From: Phyllobates terribilis
Taxonomy: Eukaryota
Length of the DNA stretch: 64,000 bases
Direction: 5' to 3'
Assembly (NCBI RefSeq): GCF_046119375.1
Contig: NW_027362765.1
Span: forward strand, 389,918,001-389,982,000
Shown here: one piece after another, positions 1 through 12,130 of the stretch
Position numbering within the stretch: position 1 is the stretch's first letter
Layout: every line of letters starts with the position of its first letter
Translations under genes and position numbers: made by a program
Notes under the pieces: model-generated
Seen by the model: the letters and a program-made list of their open reading frames with translations, nothing else
The model's database searches: none
Told to the model about the DNA's origin: nothing

Positions 1-1422
1 AGTCACCGGAAATAGTCTTCCAACAATCTTGAAGGAGTTCCCAGAGATGCTTAGCACTTGTTGGCCCTTTTGCCTTCACTCTGCGGTCCAGCTCACCCCA
101 AACCATCTCGATTGGGTTCAGGTCTGGTGACTGTGGAGGCCAGGTCATCTGGTGTAGCACCCCATCACTCTCCTTCTTGGTCAAATAGCCCTTACACAGC
201 CTGGAGGTGTGTTTGGGGTCATTGTCCTGTTGAAAAATAAATGATGGTCCAACTAAACGCAAACCGGATGGAATAGCATGCCGCTGCAAGATGCTGTGGT
301 AGCCATGCTGGTTCAGTATGCCTTCAATTTTGAATAAATCCCCAACAGTGTCACCAGCAAAGCACCCCCACACCATCACACCTCCTCCTCCATGCTTCAC
401 GGTGGGAACCAGGCATGTAGAGTCCATCCGTTCACCTTTTCTGTGTCGCACAAAGACACGGTGGTTGGAACCAAAGATCTCAAATTTGGACTCATCAGAC
501 CAAAGCACAGATTTCCACTGGTCTAATGTCCATTCCTTGTGTTCTTTAGCCCAAACAAGTCTCTTCTGCTTGTTGCCTGTCCTTAGCAGTGGTTTCAAAC
601 AAGTCTCTTCTGCTTGTTGCCTGTCCTTAGCAGTGGTTTCCTAGCAGCTATTTTACCATGAAGGCCTGCTGCACAAAGTCTCCTCTTAACAGTTGTTGAA
701 GAGATGTGTTTGCTGCTAGAACTCTGTGTGGCATTGATCTGGTCTCTAATCTGAGCTGCTGTTAACCTGCGATTTCTGAGGCTGGTGACTCGGATAAACT
801 TATCCTCAGAAGCAGAGGTGACTCTTGGTCTTCCTTTCCTGGGGCGGTCTTCATGTGAGTCAGTTTCTTTGTAGCGCTTGATGTTTTTTGCAACTGCACT
901 TGGGGACACTTTCAAAGTTTTCCCAAGTTTTCGCACTGACTGACCTTCATTTCTTAAAGTAATGATGGCCACTCGTTTTTCTCTACTTAGCTGTTTTTTT
1001 CTTGCCATAATACAAATTCTAACAGTCTATTCAGTAGGACTATCAGCTGTGTATCCACCTGACTTCTGCACAACACAACTGATGGTCCCAACCCCATTTA
1101 TAAGGCAAGAAATCCCACTTATTAAACCAGACAGGGCACACCTGTGAAGTGAAAACCATTTCCGGTGACTACCTCTTGAAGCTCATCAAGAGAATGCCAA
1201 GAGTGTGCAAAGCAGTCATCAAAGCAAAAGGTGGCTACTTTGAAGAACCTAGAATATAAGACATATTTTCAGTTGTTTCACACTTTTTTGTTAAGTATAT
1301 AATTCCACATGTGTTAATTCATAGTTTTGATGCCTTCAGTGTGAATGTACAATTTTCATAGTCATTAAAATACAGAAAAATCTTTAAATGAGAAGGTGTG
1401 TCCAAACTTTTGGTCTGTACTG
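1..1422 (-). mobile_element. Tc1/mariner DNA transposon, left end outside the window. DD34E transposase is disrupted by a 44-bp duplication.
   Basis: ORF 1008->595 is a Tc1 N-terminal HTH region (MARKKQLSREKR...GRPRVTS). It continues in another frame from 552 leftwards with WSDESKF, QQDNDPKH and SPDLNPIE. The terminus reads CAGTACAGACCAAAAGTTTGG on the minus strand, ends at 1422 and is followed by TA. Bases 1-12 are the inverse of 1159-1170, so the inverted repeats are long. Confidence 0.93.
553..640. repeat. 44-bp tandem duplication inside the Tc1 transposase CDS
   Basis: aaacaagtctcttctgcttgttgcctgtccttagcagtggtttc occurs at 553-596 and 597-640. Confidence 0.95.
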
Positions 1423-1976
1423 TATATACTAAATTTGAGCCAAAAGATTTGGAGACCCCCGGTCCTTCCTTTCTCCAGAGGAAAGATTCAGTCTTGCGCA
1501 ACCCTGGAATTTAGTCTTGGATGATTATGAAGATGCATTAGACCAGAGGTCCCCAACCGCCGGTCCGCGGACCAGGACCGGGCCCGTTGGGGTTTTTCAG
1601 CCGGTCCGCGGGGAGAGGGGGCCCCTCCAGCCTCCAGCAGGGCCGCCATCAGGGCATGACTGCCCTGACTCCAGTATGGGGCCCGGCCGGTAGGAGCCCC
1701 CTCGGAGCCCCCCTCTTGTGCGTCTCTCTCCTCATGGGGCCCCCGGCCGCATGCTAAGCGCCGGGTCCGGGACATCTTAGCGCTGCGCTGCTGCGGCAGC
1801 ACCTTCATGATTCCCCCGACTTCCGGTCATGTGACGGCGCCGTCACATGGCCGGAAGTCAGGAGAACCTGGTGTCAGCGATTTGGACGAGCGCCAGGATT
1901 CTGCAGGGATCGCATGGGGGTAAGTATAACAAGTTTTATTTTTTTTTAAATACAATTAACTAGGAGTGGGGGGAAT

Positions 1977-2290
1977 GGGAGATGCACATGGGGGGAGGGG
2001 AGAGATGAGAGATGCACATGGGGGGAGGGGAGAGATGAGAGATGCACATGGGGGGAGGGGAGAGATGAGAGATGCACATGGGGGGAGGGGAGAGATGAGA
2101 GATGCACATGGGGGGAGGGGAGAGATGAGAGATGCACATGGGGGGAGGGGAGAGATGAGAGATGCACATGGGGGGGAGGGGAGAGATGAGAGATGCACAT
2201 GGGAGGGAGGGGAGAGATGAGAGATGCACATGGGAGGGAGGGGAGAGATGAGAGATGCACATGGGGGGAGGGGAGAGATGAGAGATGCAC
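1977..2290. repeat. G-rich minisatellite, 30-bp unit GAGATGCACATGGGGGGAGGGGAGAGATGA (about 10 copies)
   Basis: 30-bp periodicity read directly from the sequence. Confidence 0.92.
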
Positions 2291-4290
2291 GGGGGGGTGA
2301 GAGATGCACGGGGGGTGAGAGATGCACGGGGGGTGGATGAGAGATGCACGGGGGGTGGATGAGAGATGCACGGGGGGTGGATGAGAGATGCACGGGGGGT
2401 GGATGAGAGATGCACGGGGGGTGGATGAGAGATGCACGGGGGGTGGATGAGAGATGCACGGGGGGTGGATGAGAGATGCACGGGGGGTGGATGAGAGATG
2501 CACGGGGGGTGGATGAGAGATGCACGGGGGGTGGATGAGAGATGCACGGGGGGTGGATGAGAGATGCACGGGGGGTGGATGAGAGATGCACGGGGGGTGG
2601 ATGAGAGATGCACGGGGGGTGGATGAGAGATGCACGGGGGGTGGATGAGAGATGCACGGGGGGTGGATGAGAGATGCACGGGGGGTGGATGAGAGATGCA
2701 CGGGGGGTGGATGAGAGATGCACGGGGGGTGGATGAGAGATGCACGGGGGGTGGATGAGAGATGCACGGGGGGTGGATGAGAGATGCACGGGGGGTGGAT
2801 GAGAGATGCACGGGGGGTGGATGAGAGATGCACGGGGGGTGGATGAGAGATGCACGGGGGGTGGATGAGAGATGCACGGGGGGTGGATGAGAGATGCACG
2901 GGGGGTGGATGAGAGATGCACGGGGGGTGGATGAGAGATGCACGGGGGGTGGATGAGAGATGCACGGGGGGTGGATGAGAGATGCACGGGGGGTGGATGA
3001 GAGATGCACGGGGGGTGGATGAGAGATGCACGGGGGGTGGATGAGAGATGCACGGGGGGTGGATGAGAGATGCACGGGGGGTGGATGAGAGATGCACGGG
3101 GGGTGGATGAGAGATGCACGGGGGGTGGATGAGAGATGCACGGGGGGTGGATGAGAGATGCACGGGGGGTGGATGAGAGATGCACGGGGGGTGGATGAGA
3201 GATGCACGGGGGGTGGATGAGAGATGCACGGGGGGTGGATGAGAGATGCACGGGGGGTGGATGAGAGATGCACGGGGGGTGGATGAGAGATGCACGGGGG
3301 GTGGATGAGAGATGCACGGGGGGGGGATGAGAGATGCACGGGGGGGGGATGAGAGATGCACGGGGGGGGGATGAGAGATGCACGGGGGGGGATGAGAGAT
3401 GCACGGGGGGGGATGAGAGATGCACGGGGGGGGATGAGAGATGCACGGGGGGGGATGAGAGATGCACGGGGGGTGGATGAGAGATGCACGGGGGGTGGAT
3501 GAGAGATGCACGGGGGGTGGATGAGAGATGCACGGGGGGTGGATGAGAGATGCACGGGGGGTGGATGAGAGATGCACGGGGGGTGGATGAGAGATGCACG
3601 GGGGGTGGATGAGAGATGCACGGGGGGTGGATGAGAGATGCACGGGGGGTGGATGAGAGATGCACGGGGGGTGGATGAGAGATGCACGGGGGGTGGATGA
3701 GAGATGCACGGGGGGTGGATGAGAGATGCACGGGGGGTGGATGAGAGATGCACGGGGGGTGGATGAGAGATGCACGGGGGGTGGATGAGAGATGCACGGG
3801 GGGTGGATGAGAGATGCACGGGGGGTGGATGAGAGATGCACGGGGGGTGGATGAGAGATGCACGGGGGGTGGATGAGAGATGCACGGGGGGTGGATGAGA
3901 GATGCACGGGGGGTGGATGAGAGATGCACGGGGGGTGGATGAGAGATGCACGGGGGGTGGATGAGAGATGCACGGGGGGTGGATGAGAGATGCACGGGGG
4001 GTGGATGAGAGATGCACGGGGGGTGGATGAGAGATGCACGGGGGGTGGATGAGAGATGCACGGGGGGTGGATGAGAGATGCACGGGGGGTGGATGAGAGA
4101 TGCACGGGGGGTGGATGAGAGATGCACGGGGGGTGGATGAGAGATGCACGGGGGGTGGATGAGAGATGCACGGGGGGTGGATGAGAGATGCACGGGGGGT
4201 GGATGAGAGATGCACGGGGGGTGGATGAGAGATGCACGGAGGGGGATGAGAGATGCACGGGGGTGAGCTGCACATGGGGGGGTGAGAGAT
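2291..4290. repeat. G-rich minisatellite, 22-bp unit GAGATGCACGGGGGGTGGATGA (roughly 85-90 copies, highly homogeneous)
   Basis: 22-bp period. It produces the 22-aa repeat pseudo-ORFs in all three minus frames. Confidence 0.95.
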
Positions 4291-4772
4291 GCACATGGGG
4301 GGGGTTATGTTTACATAACTTTGTTGCCTTATGAAGGGCGGGGGTGGCCCCCAAAAATTTCTTGCACAGGGGCCCACTACAGTCTGTGTCCGCCCCTGGG
4401 ATGAAGTAAATGCAGCTGAACAGCAGCTGTCAGGACAGCTGCCCTGTCCTGCTGCAGGGCGTGATGGGGCCTCAGTGATGCGGCTCCTGGCACAGCACAT
4501 TATGTGGGGCTCCTGGCGGGGACCTGGTCTACACTATATGATAAGTATGCACTAAACTCCAAATCCCTCCATTACCCCGCCCCCATATGACCAAAGCCCC
4601 GCCCACCCCACCCCCTCCTTGCTGGGCCATGGAAAAATGATCTTGCTTCAAGCCGGTCCCTGGTGCAAAAAAGGTTGGGGACCACTGCATTAGACGACAG
4701 CAGAGGATCGGTTACAAGTCCTCATTGCAGAGCTGCACCTTTCCACCCTACAGACGAAGGAGAAACGCTCAC

Positions 4773-4856
4773 CAGGGCTGCAAAGTATTCTGTCTCCGTC
4801 TCATTTCCTCCCTGGGATCGGATCACTTCAGTCACAGCCGCCAGCACAGCGCAGAT
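4773..4856 (-). CDS. RRP12: RRP12 coding exon 3
   Basis: 84 nt; [28 protein letters not shown]. Confidence 0.95.
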
Positions 4857-5983
4857 CTGAAAAATATAAAAAAAAATAAGAAATTAATAAAAATTCATCC
4901 TTAGAAGCTTCAGATGTCTGCACACAAGTTTTATAGATAATTTTCTTCTTAAAACAAAGAAACGTTCTAGATAGTCTTCATGAGACAAGTCCTGGCTGTG
5001 ATGTTGTACCTCCTTCATACAGCTGGCTGTTCTGCTGACTGACAGCGGATGGCACCTGGCTGCATCTTCCCTGAATCATCATGGGTGTAGTATCTTACAT
5101 ATTGCTCTATACAAGGCATAATAAAGACACCCATGTGTTTAAGGCCTTAAAGGATAAAGACACTTTCAGAAGCTTTTTTTTCACTTTTTAATTCAATGCA
5201 TGACCTTTTTGGCTTGCAGTAATATTTTGCAATTTGGTTTTATCAAAACTTTTGCACCGTTCGCCTTTTGTACACTCTGTTTTCACAAGGAATTAACTGA
5301 GAATCTGTCAGTGAGCTCATTCTGATAGCAGAATCTCTCATCTGTAAACAGTTATCTTCCTTCTTCTGAGCTCCTGCCCATTTATATCTGCATAAAAGCT
5401 GCACACTTTCCTGCACTGTGACACTGTAACAAACCGGACACAGCTCAGGCCGACAGAGAAGGGTCTAGACTGCATGCAAGTGTTGCAGACCCTCAGACGT
5501 ATTAGGCTTTTGGTTGGGCTCAGAGCCTGGTCTTGGGTGCCACCCCAACCTCTAATATATAGGAAAATGAGAAGAGCTGTCCTAGAGGAGACAATCAGCA
5601 TTTCCAAATCCATCTGTCCCCCAATCTGGCTCAGTAATAAAGTGATCCGCCAGGAATCTAGTGGGACTCGCTCACCTCTTTATGAGCCGCTGAGTTGGAC
5701 TCCCAGTATCTCTGCACTTTGCCAAAGGTGACATTGGTGCAGTCGGACAAGCCGCTGAGGAAGGTGGCCCCCGACTTTTCAGTCACCGCCATGTCAGCGT
5801 CCTCCTCCATCTCTTCTTCAGGCTTTTTCTGTACGGTGAGTGACCCGGACTGGAGATCATTGTGGAGCTTCAGGGCGTCTACAGTCAGGTCACTTTTACC
5901 TGGAGCACGGGGAGGAAAGAAGGACAGGGTGAGGCCATATATATTATACTACTATAGAGCAGGACAGGGTGAGGCCAATATTA

Positions 5984-6054
<71 letters not shown>

Positions 6055-9000
6055 GTGAAAAAGTGTTTGCCCCCTTACTGATTTCTTATTCTTTTGCATG
6101 TTTGTCACTTAAATGTTTCAGATCACAAAATAAATGTAAATATTAGACAAAAATAACACAAGTAAACACAAAATGCAGTTTTTAAATGAAGGTCTTTATT
6201 ATTAAGGGAAAAAGAAATCCAAACCTACAGGGCCCTGTGTGAAAAAGTGATTGTCCCCTAAACCTAATAACTAGTTGGGCCGCACTTAGCAGCTACAACT
6301 GCAATCAAGCGTTTGCGATAACTGGCAATGAGTCTTCTACAACGCTCTGGAGCAATTTTGGACGCTCATCTTTGCAGAATTGTTGTAATTCAGTTACATT
6401 AGAGGGTTTACAAGCATGAACCGCCTTTGTAAGGTCCTGCCACAGCATCTCAATCAGATTAAGGTCAGGACATTGACCAGGCCACTCAATTTTGTTTTTC
6501 TTAAGCCATTCAGAGGTGGACTTGCATTTTCACACAGGGCCCTGTAGGTTTGGATTTCTTTTTCCCTTAATAAAAACCTTCATTTAAAAACTGGATTTTG
6601 TGATTACTTTTGTTATCTTTATCTAATATTTACATTTGTTTTGTGATCTGAAACATTTAAGTGTGACAAACATGCAAAAGAATAAGAAATCAGGAAAGGG
6701 GCAAACACTTTTTCACACCACTTTATTACACTACTACACAGCCAGGGGCATTTATGTAAAAGCTAGCTTATTGCTCTAAAAATATATAGATAAAAAAATT
6801 GGTCGGATCTTTCCTTCAGCGCCTCCGCAGACCCATGTGTCTCCATGATCGCAGACTATAAAGACGCTTCTCTACTAGTGTTAAATACATTTGTATCAGC
6901 GCAAACAGATCAGCAGCAGAAATGTCTGGTAGTTTGCTACAATGTATCAGTCTGGAGTCCACGCTATCTCAGCTCACAGAGCATTGTCTGTGTGCCTGAA
7001 ACGCGTCGGCTTTTTTCATGGCTGTTGGAATCTCAATTTATTTTGGCCATTACAATTTTTAAGTAACTTTTTTTTTTAAGGATTCACTTGCTGGATTTTT
7101 TTGTTTTCTCGGTTTGGCACTACAAGTATTCCGTGCAGTCCGAATCCTTATCTCCCGGATGACCCGACCTTGCTCTTTTTCTTGCTACTTGAACACCATC
7201 CCACCACAAAACGGAACGAGTGCAGGTGTATGCAATGGGCTCTTGAGCTGACCGGCTGCACACACGGCAGGGTCCGCCTGACGACTCAAAGATGGAACGA
7301 ATAAAAACTGCAGCTCGCTATTAAAAAAAAAGAAAAAAAAAACACAAGCCCTCACACAGCTCCATCGATGGAAAAATAAAAAATTATGAGTCTTGGATAA
7401 AGGTTGACACAAACCAACATTTATTTTTTAGTTTAGTATTAGAATATTTAAAAATAAAATTCTAATCACCTTCTTTTCTCCCATTTGAAAAGCCAAACAT
7501 ATGACATTGCAGGGAACGTAAAAGTATGATCCACTGAGATATAAAATCCACATCCCCCTATAAGGTTAATGTCGTAAAAAAAAACAAAAACTACACCCGA
7601 GGAAGCCACAGAGTGGCCACGATACACATGGGGATCACTCATGCTCTCCCCACGTTTCCGTGGGTTTCCTCCGGGTTCTCAGGTTTCTTCCCACACTCCA
7701 AAGACATGCTGATAGGGAATGTAGATTGTGAGCCCCAATGGGGACAGTGATGATAATGTCTGTAAAGTGCGGTGGAATTAGTGGCGCTATATAAGTGAGC
7801 AAAATACATTCTCATTAACCCTTTAACGGTCTATGTACGTACTTGCTTGATCCCAACGTTAGTGATGCCCTCAGTTACATGTTGCACATACCCCAAAATA
7901 AATGCTGCCAATCAAAAGGTACAACAAAAAAATCCTGGCACTGAACTCAGCGAAAACACAAAGTGAGATAACGCCAGGATTGTATCATTTTTACCTCACT
8001 TTGACTTTCTTATCCATTTTCTAGGATCCAATTAAAAACTACAGCTCATCCCACAAAAACAAGCCCCGATACGGCTGCATTATAGGGGGGAAAAGATGTC
8101 CGCTTATTTAAAGAGGCTGTCAACTCTTTTAACATGGAAATATAGAAGTAGACAGCGCCCATTGGAGAGAATAACAGTGCAGAGGATCAACGTCACAGAG
8201 ACCCCGGATAATACAGGGGTGGTCCTGAGTCAGATGCCCCCCGCACACACCGGAGAGCCTTATAGCGTGCCGATCACCAGGAGTGGATAGCAGTGCATGT
8301 ATACAGGGGTGGTCCTGAGTCAGAGGCCCCCCGCACATACCGGAGAGCCTTATAGAGTGCCGATCACCAGGAGTGGATAGCAGTGCATGTATACAGGGGT
8401 GGTCCTGAGTCAGAGGCCCCGCGCACACACCGGAGAGCCTTATAGAGTGCCGATCACCAGGAGTAGACAGCAATGCATGTAGACAGCAGTGGTCCTGAGT
8501 CAGATGCCCCCCGCACACACCGGAGAGCCTTATAGAGTGCCAATCACCAGGAGTGGACAGCAGTGCATGTATACAAGGGTGGTCATGAGTCAGATGACCC
8601 CCGCACACACCGGAGAGCCTTATAGAGTGCCGGTCACCAGGAGTAGACAGCAGTGCATGTATACAGGGGTGGTCCTGAGTCAGAGGCCCCCCGCACACAC
8701 CGGAGAGCCTTATAGAGAAATGATCACCAGGAGTAGACAGCAGGCATGTATACAGGGGTGGTCCTGAGTCAGAAGCCCCCCGCACACACTGGAGAGCCTT
8801 ACAGAGTGCAGATCACCAGGAGTAGACAGCAGTGCATGTATGTATACAGGGGTGGTCCTGAGTCAGAGGCCCCCCGGACACACTGGAGAGCCTTACAGAG
8901 TGCAGATCACCAGGAGTAGACAGCAGGGCATGTATACAGGGGTTGTCCTGAGTCAGAGGCCCCCCGCACACACCGGAGAGCCTTATAGAGTGCCGGTCAC

Positions 9001-11942
9001 CAGGAGTGGACAGCAGGGCATGTATACAGGGATGGTCCTGAGTCAGAGGCCCCCCGCACACACCGGAGAGCCTTATAGAGTGCCGGTCACCAGGAGTGGA
9101 CAGCAGTGCATGTATACAGGGGTTGTCCTGAGTCAGAGGCCCCCCGCACACACCGGCGGGCCTTATAGAGTGCGGGTCACCAGGAGTGGACAGCAGTGCA
9201 TGTATACAGGGGTTGTCCTGAGTCAGAGGCCCCCCGCACACACCGGCGGGCCTTATAGAGTGCGGGTCACCAGGAGTGGACAGCAGTGCATGTATACAGG
9301 GGTGGTCCTGAGTCAGAGGCCCCCCGCACACACTGGAGAGCCTTATAGAGTGCCGATCACCAGGAGTAGACAGCAGGGCATGTATACAGGGGTGGTCCTG
9401 AGTCAGAGGCCCCCCGCACACACCGGAGAGCCTTATAGAGTGCCGGTCACCAGGAGTGGACAGCAGGGCATGTATACAGGGGTGGTCCTGAGTCAGAGGC
9501 CCCCCGCACACACCAGCAGGCCTTATAGAGTGCCGGTCAGCAGGAGTAGACAGCAGTGCATGTATACAGGGGTGGTCCTGAGTCAGAGGCCCCCCGCACA
9601 CACTGGAGAGCCTTACAGAGTGCAGATCACCAGGAGTAGACAGCAGGGCATGTATACAGGGGTGGTCCTGAGTCAGAGGCCCCCCGCACATACTGGAGAG
9701 CCTTATAGAGTGCCGGTCACCAGGAGTGGACAGCAGGGCATGTATACAGGGGTGGTCCTGAGTCAGAGGCCCCCCGCACACACTGGAGAGCCTTATAGAG
9801 TGCCGGTCACCAGGAGTGGACAGCAGGGCATGTATACAGGGGTGGTCCTGAGTCAGAGGCCCCCCGCACACACCGGAGAGCCTTATAGAGTGCCGGTCAC
9901 CAGGAGTGGACAGCAGGGCATGTATACAGGGGTGGTCCTGAGTCAGAGGCCCCCCGCACACACCGGAGAGCCTTATAGAGTGCCGGTCACCAGGAGTGGA
10001 CAGCAGGGCATGTATACAGGGGTGGTCCTGAGTCAGAGGCCCCCCGCACACACCGGAGAGCCTTATAGAGTGCCGGTCACCAGGAGTGGACAGCAGGGCA
10101 TGTATACACGGGTGGTCCTGAGTCAGAGGCCCCCCGCACACACCGGAGAGCCTTATAGAGTGCCGGTCACCAGGAGTGGACAGCAGGGCATGTATACAGG
10201 GGTGGTCCTGAGTCAGAGGCCCCCCGCACACACCGGAGAGCCTTATAGAGTGCCGGTCACCAGGAGTGGACAGCAGGGCATGTATACAGGGGTGGTCCTG
10301 AGTCAGAGGCCCCCCCGCACACACCGGAGAGCCTTATAGAGTGCCGGTCACCAGGAGTGGACAGCAGTGCATGTATACAGGGGTTGTCCTGAGTCAGAGG
10401 CCCCCCGCACACACCGGCGGGCCTTATAGAGTGCGGGTCACCAGGAGTGGACAGCAGTGCATGTATACAGGGGTGGTCCTGAGTCAGAGGCCCCCCGCAC
10501 ACACCGGAGAGCCTTATAGAGTGCCGGTCACCAGGAGTGGACAGCAGTGCATGTATACAGGGGTGGTCCTGAGTCAGAGGCCCCCCGCACACACCGGAGA
10601 GCCTTATAGAGTGCCGGTCACCAGGAGTGGACAGCAGGGCATGTATACAGGGGTTGTCCTGAGTCAGAGGCCCCCCGCACACACCGGAGAGCCTTATAGA
10701 GTGCCGGTCACCAGGAGTGGACAGCATGGCATGTATACAGGGATGGTCCTGAGTCAGAGGCCCCCCCGCACACACCGGAGAGCCTTATAGAGTGCGGGTC
10801 ACCAGGAGTGGACAGCAGTGCATGTATACAGGGGTTGTCCTGAGTCAGAGGCCCCCCGCACACACCGGCGGGCCTTATAGAGTGCGGGTCACCAGGAGTG
10901 GACAGCAGTGCATGTATACAGGGGTGGTCCTGAGTCAGAGGCCCCCCGCACACACTGGAGAGCCTTATAGAGTGCCGGTCACCAGGAGTGGACAGCAGGG
11001 CATGTATACAGGGGTTGTCCTGAGTCAGAGGCCCCCCGCACACACCGGCGGGCCTTATAGAGTGCCGGTCACCAGGAGTGGACAGCAGTGCATGTATACA
11101 GGGGTTGTCCTGAGTCAGAGGCCCCCCGCACACACTGGAGAGCCTTATAGAGTGCCGGTCACCAGGAGTGGACAGCAGGGCATGTATACAGGGGTGGTCC
11201 TGAGTCAGAGGCCCCCCGCACACACTGGAGAGCCTTATAGAGTGCCGGTCACCAGGAGTGGACAGCAGTGCATGTATACAGGGGTGGTCCTGAGTCAGAG
11301 GCCCCCCGCACACACTGGAGAGCCTTACAGAGTGCAGATCACCAGGAGTGGACAGCAGGGCATGTATACAGGGGTTGTCCTGAGTCAGAGGCCCCCCGCA
11401 CACACTGGAGAGCCTTATAGAGTGCCGGTCACCAGGAGTGGACAGCAGGGCATGTATACAGGGGTGGTCCTGAGTCAGAGGCCCCCCGCACACACTGGAG
11501 AGCCTTATAGAGTGCCGGTCACCAGGAGTGGACAGCAGTGCATGTATACAGGGGTGGTCCTGAGTCAGAGGCCCCCCGCACACACCGGAGAGCCTTATAG
11601 AGTGCCGGTCACCAGGAGTGGACAGCAGGGCATGTTTCCAGTCGCTGACAGCGAGCAGAGAACTTGGGATCAATGGAAAGATTGAAACCAGTAAAGAGAA
11701 ACACAACTTCCTGTAAAGTTTTGGTAAATCCATTTAAGGAACCCTTTAAGTCAGGTGATGAGCGCCAGAGCTCGCCGACCCCCCCAGCACTGCAGCCGCT
11801 CACCTGAGGGCCGGCTGAAGAACCTGCTCCTCGCCGCCTCCCGGTGCCGCTTGGCCTGAGGGTTGGAGTCGCTGCTGTGTCCCTTCTTCCAGCGCTTCAC
11901 CTTCCCGGCGGTCCCGGAGCGGAGCTTCCCCGACTTCCCCAT
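4773..11942 (-). CDS. RRP12: RRP12-like protein (ribosomal RNA processing 12), 5' part: join(11804..11942,5676..5899,4773..4856); continues left of the window
   Basis: [28 protein letters not shown]...FFSRPSG / [13 protein letters not shown]...[10 protein letters not shown] / [28 protein letters not shown] matches the vertebrate RRP12 N-terminus. GT-AG junctions with consistent phases. Confidence 0.96.
5676..5899 (-). CDS. RRP12: RRP12 coding exon 2
   Basis: 224 nt, CAG acceptor, GTGAGC donor; [30 protein letters not shown]. Confidence 0.95.
5989..6052. repeat. (TA)n microsatellite abutting a Tc1 end
   Basis: About 30 TA units. Confidence 0.95.
6054..6723 (-). mobile_element. Internally deleted Tc1-like element with about 190-bp inverted repeats
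   Basis: 6054-6245 and about 6527-6723 are inverted copies (TGTGAAAAAGTGTTTGCCCC...). The middle encodes a transposase C-terminal fragment on the minus strand ([19 protein letters not shown]). Confidence 0.85.
6800..7320 (+). mobile_element. Possible Penelope-like/retrozyme pseudo-LTR fragment
   Basis: GAAACGCGTC at 6998-7007 after a short stem, then an AATAAA near 7299. The catalytic CTGANGA core is degenerate. The classification is inference. Confidence 0.3.
7641..7806 (+). mobile_element. V-SINE-like tRNA-derived SINE, 5'-truncated
   Basis: V-domain-like GTGGGTTTCCTCCGGGTTCTCAGGTTTCTTCCCACACTCCAAAGACATG. Tail GATTGTGAGCCCCAATGGGGACAG is shared with the copies at 15.9 and 61.1 kb. Confidence 0.8.
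8211..11635. repeat. 90-bp minisatellite (about 38 copies) in RRP12 intron 1
   Basis: Unit ATGTATACAGGGGTGGTCCTGAGTCAGAGGCCCCCCGCACACACCGGAGAGCCTTATAGAGTGCCGGTCACCAGGAGTGGACAGCAG(T/G)GC. Gives 30-aa repeat pseudo-ORFs on both strands. Confidence 0.96.
11804..11942 (-). CDS. RRP12: RRP12 coding exon 1
   Basis: ATG at 11942, 139 nt, donor G|GTGAGC. Confidence 0.96.
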
Positions 11943-12130
11943 GATCCGTGATGTCTTCGCTTCCACGCTGAATCCACGTGCGGCCTCCAACACACGCCGG
12001 CCACTTCCGCCCACAGCTGCGAGCACAGCGCTCTATGGTGCGGCCGCTTCCGGTTGAGCAGATTACCGCGCACTGCCCTCTGGTGGCGAGTGCGATACTG
12101 CAGGCAGGAGACATCCCGAGAGATTCTGCA
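11943..12130 (-). promoter_or_regulatory. RRP12 5'UTR/CpG-rich promoter with ETS-like motifs and a CTCF-like motif
   Basis: CpG-dense. CACTTCCG at about 12002 and GCTTCCGG at about 12045. TGCCCTCTGGTGG at 12074-12086 is the reverse complement of CCACCAGAGGGCA. Confidence 0.7.

Larger units (their letters stand above)
1544..4687. mobile_element. Non-autonomous hAT-superfamily element (about 3.1 kb, composite)
   Basis: TIRs CAGAGGTCCCCAACC / GGTTGGGGACCACTG. Perfect 8-bp TSD CATTAGAC at 1536-1543 and 4688-4695. No transposase. Confidence 0.88.

Noticed and set aside
1946-4500. ORFs of 745-846 aa in three minus frames
   Set aside because: Translations of a stop-free 22/30-bp minisatellite in an RRP12 intron. 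Being open in all frames argues against coding selection.
8129-11733. ORFs up to about 500 aa on both strands with 30-aa repeats (superficially His/Cys-rich)
   Set aside because: Products of the 90-bp repeat. Frames break at C-run length changes and there is no domain or exon structure.
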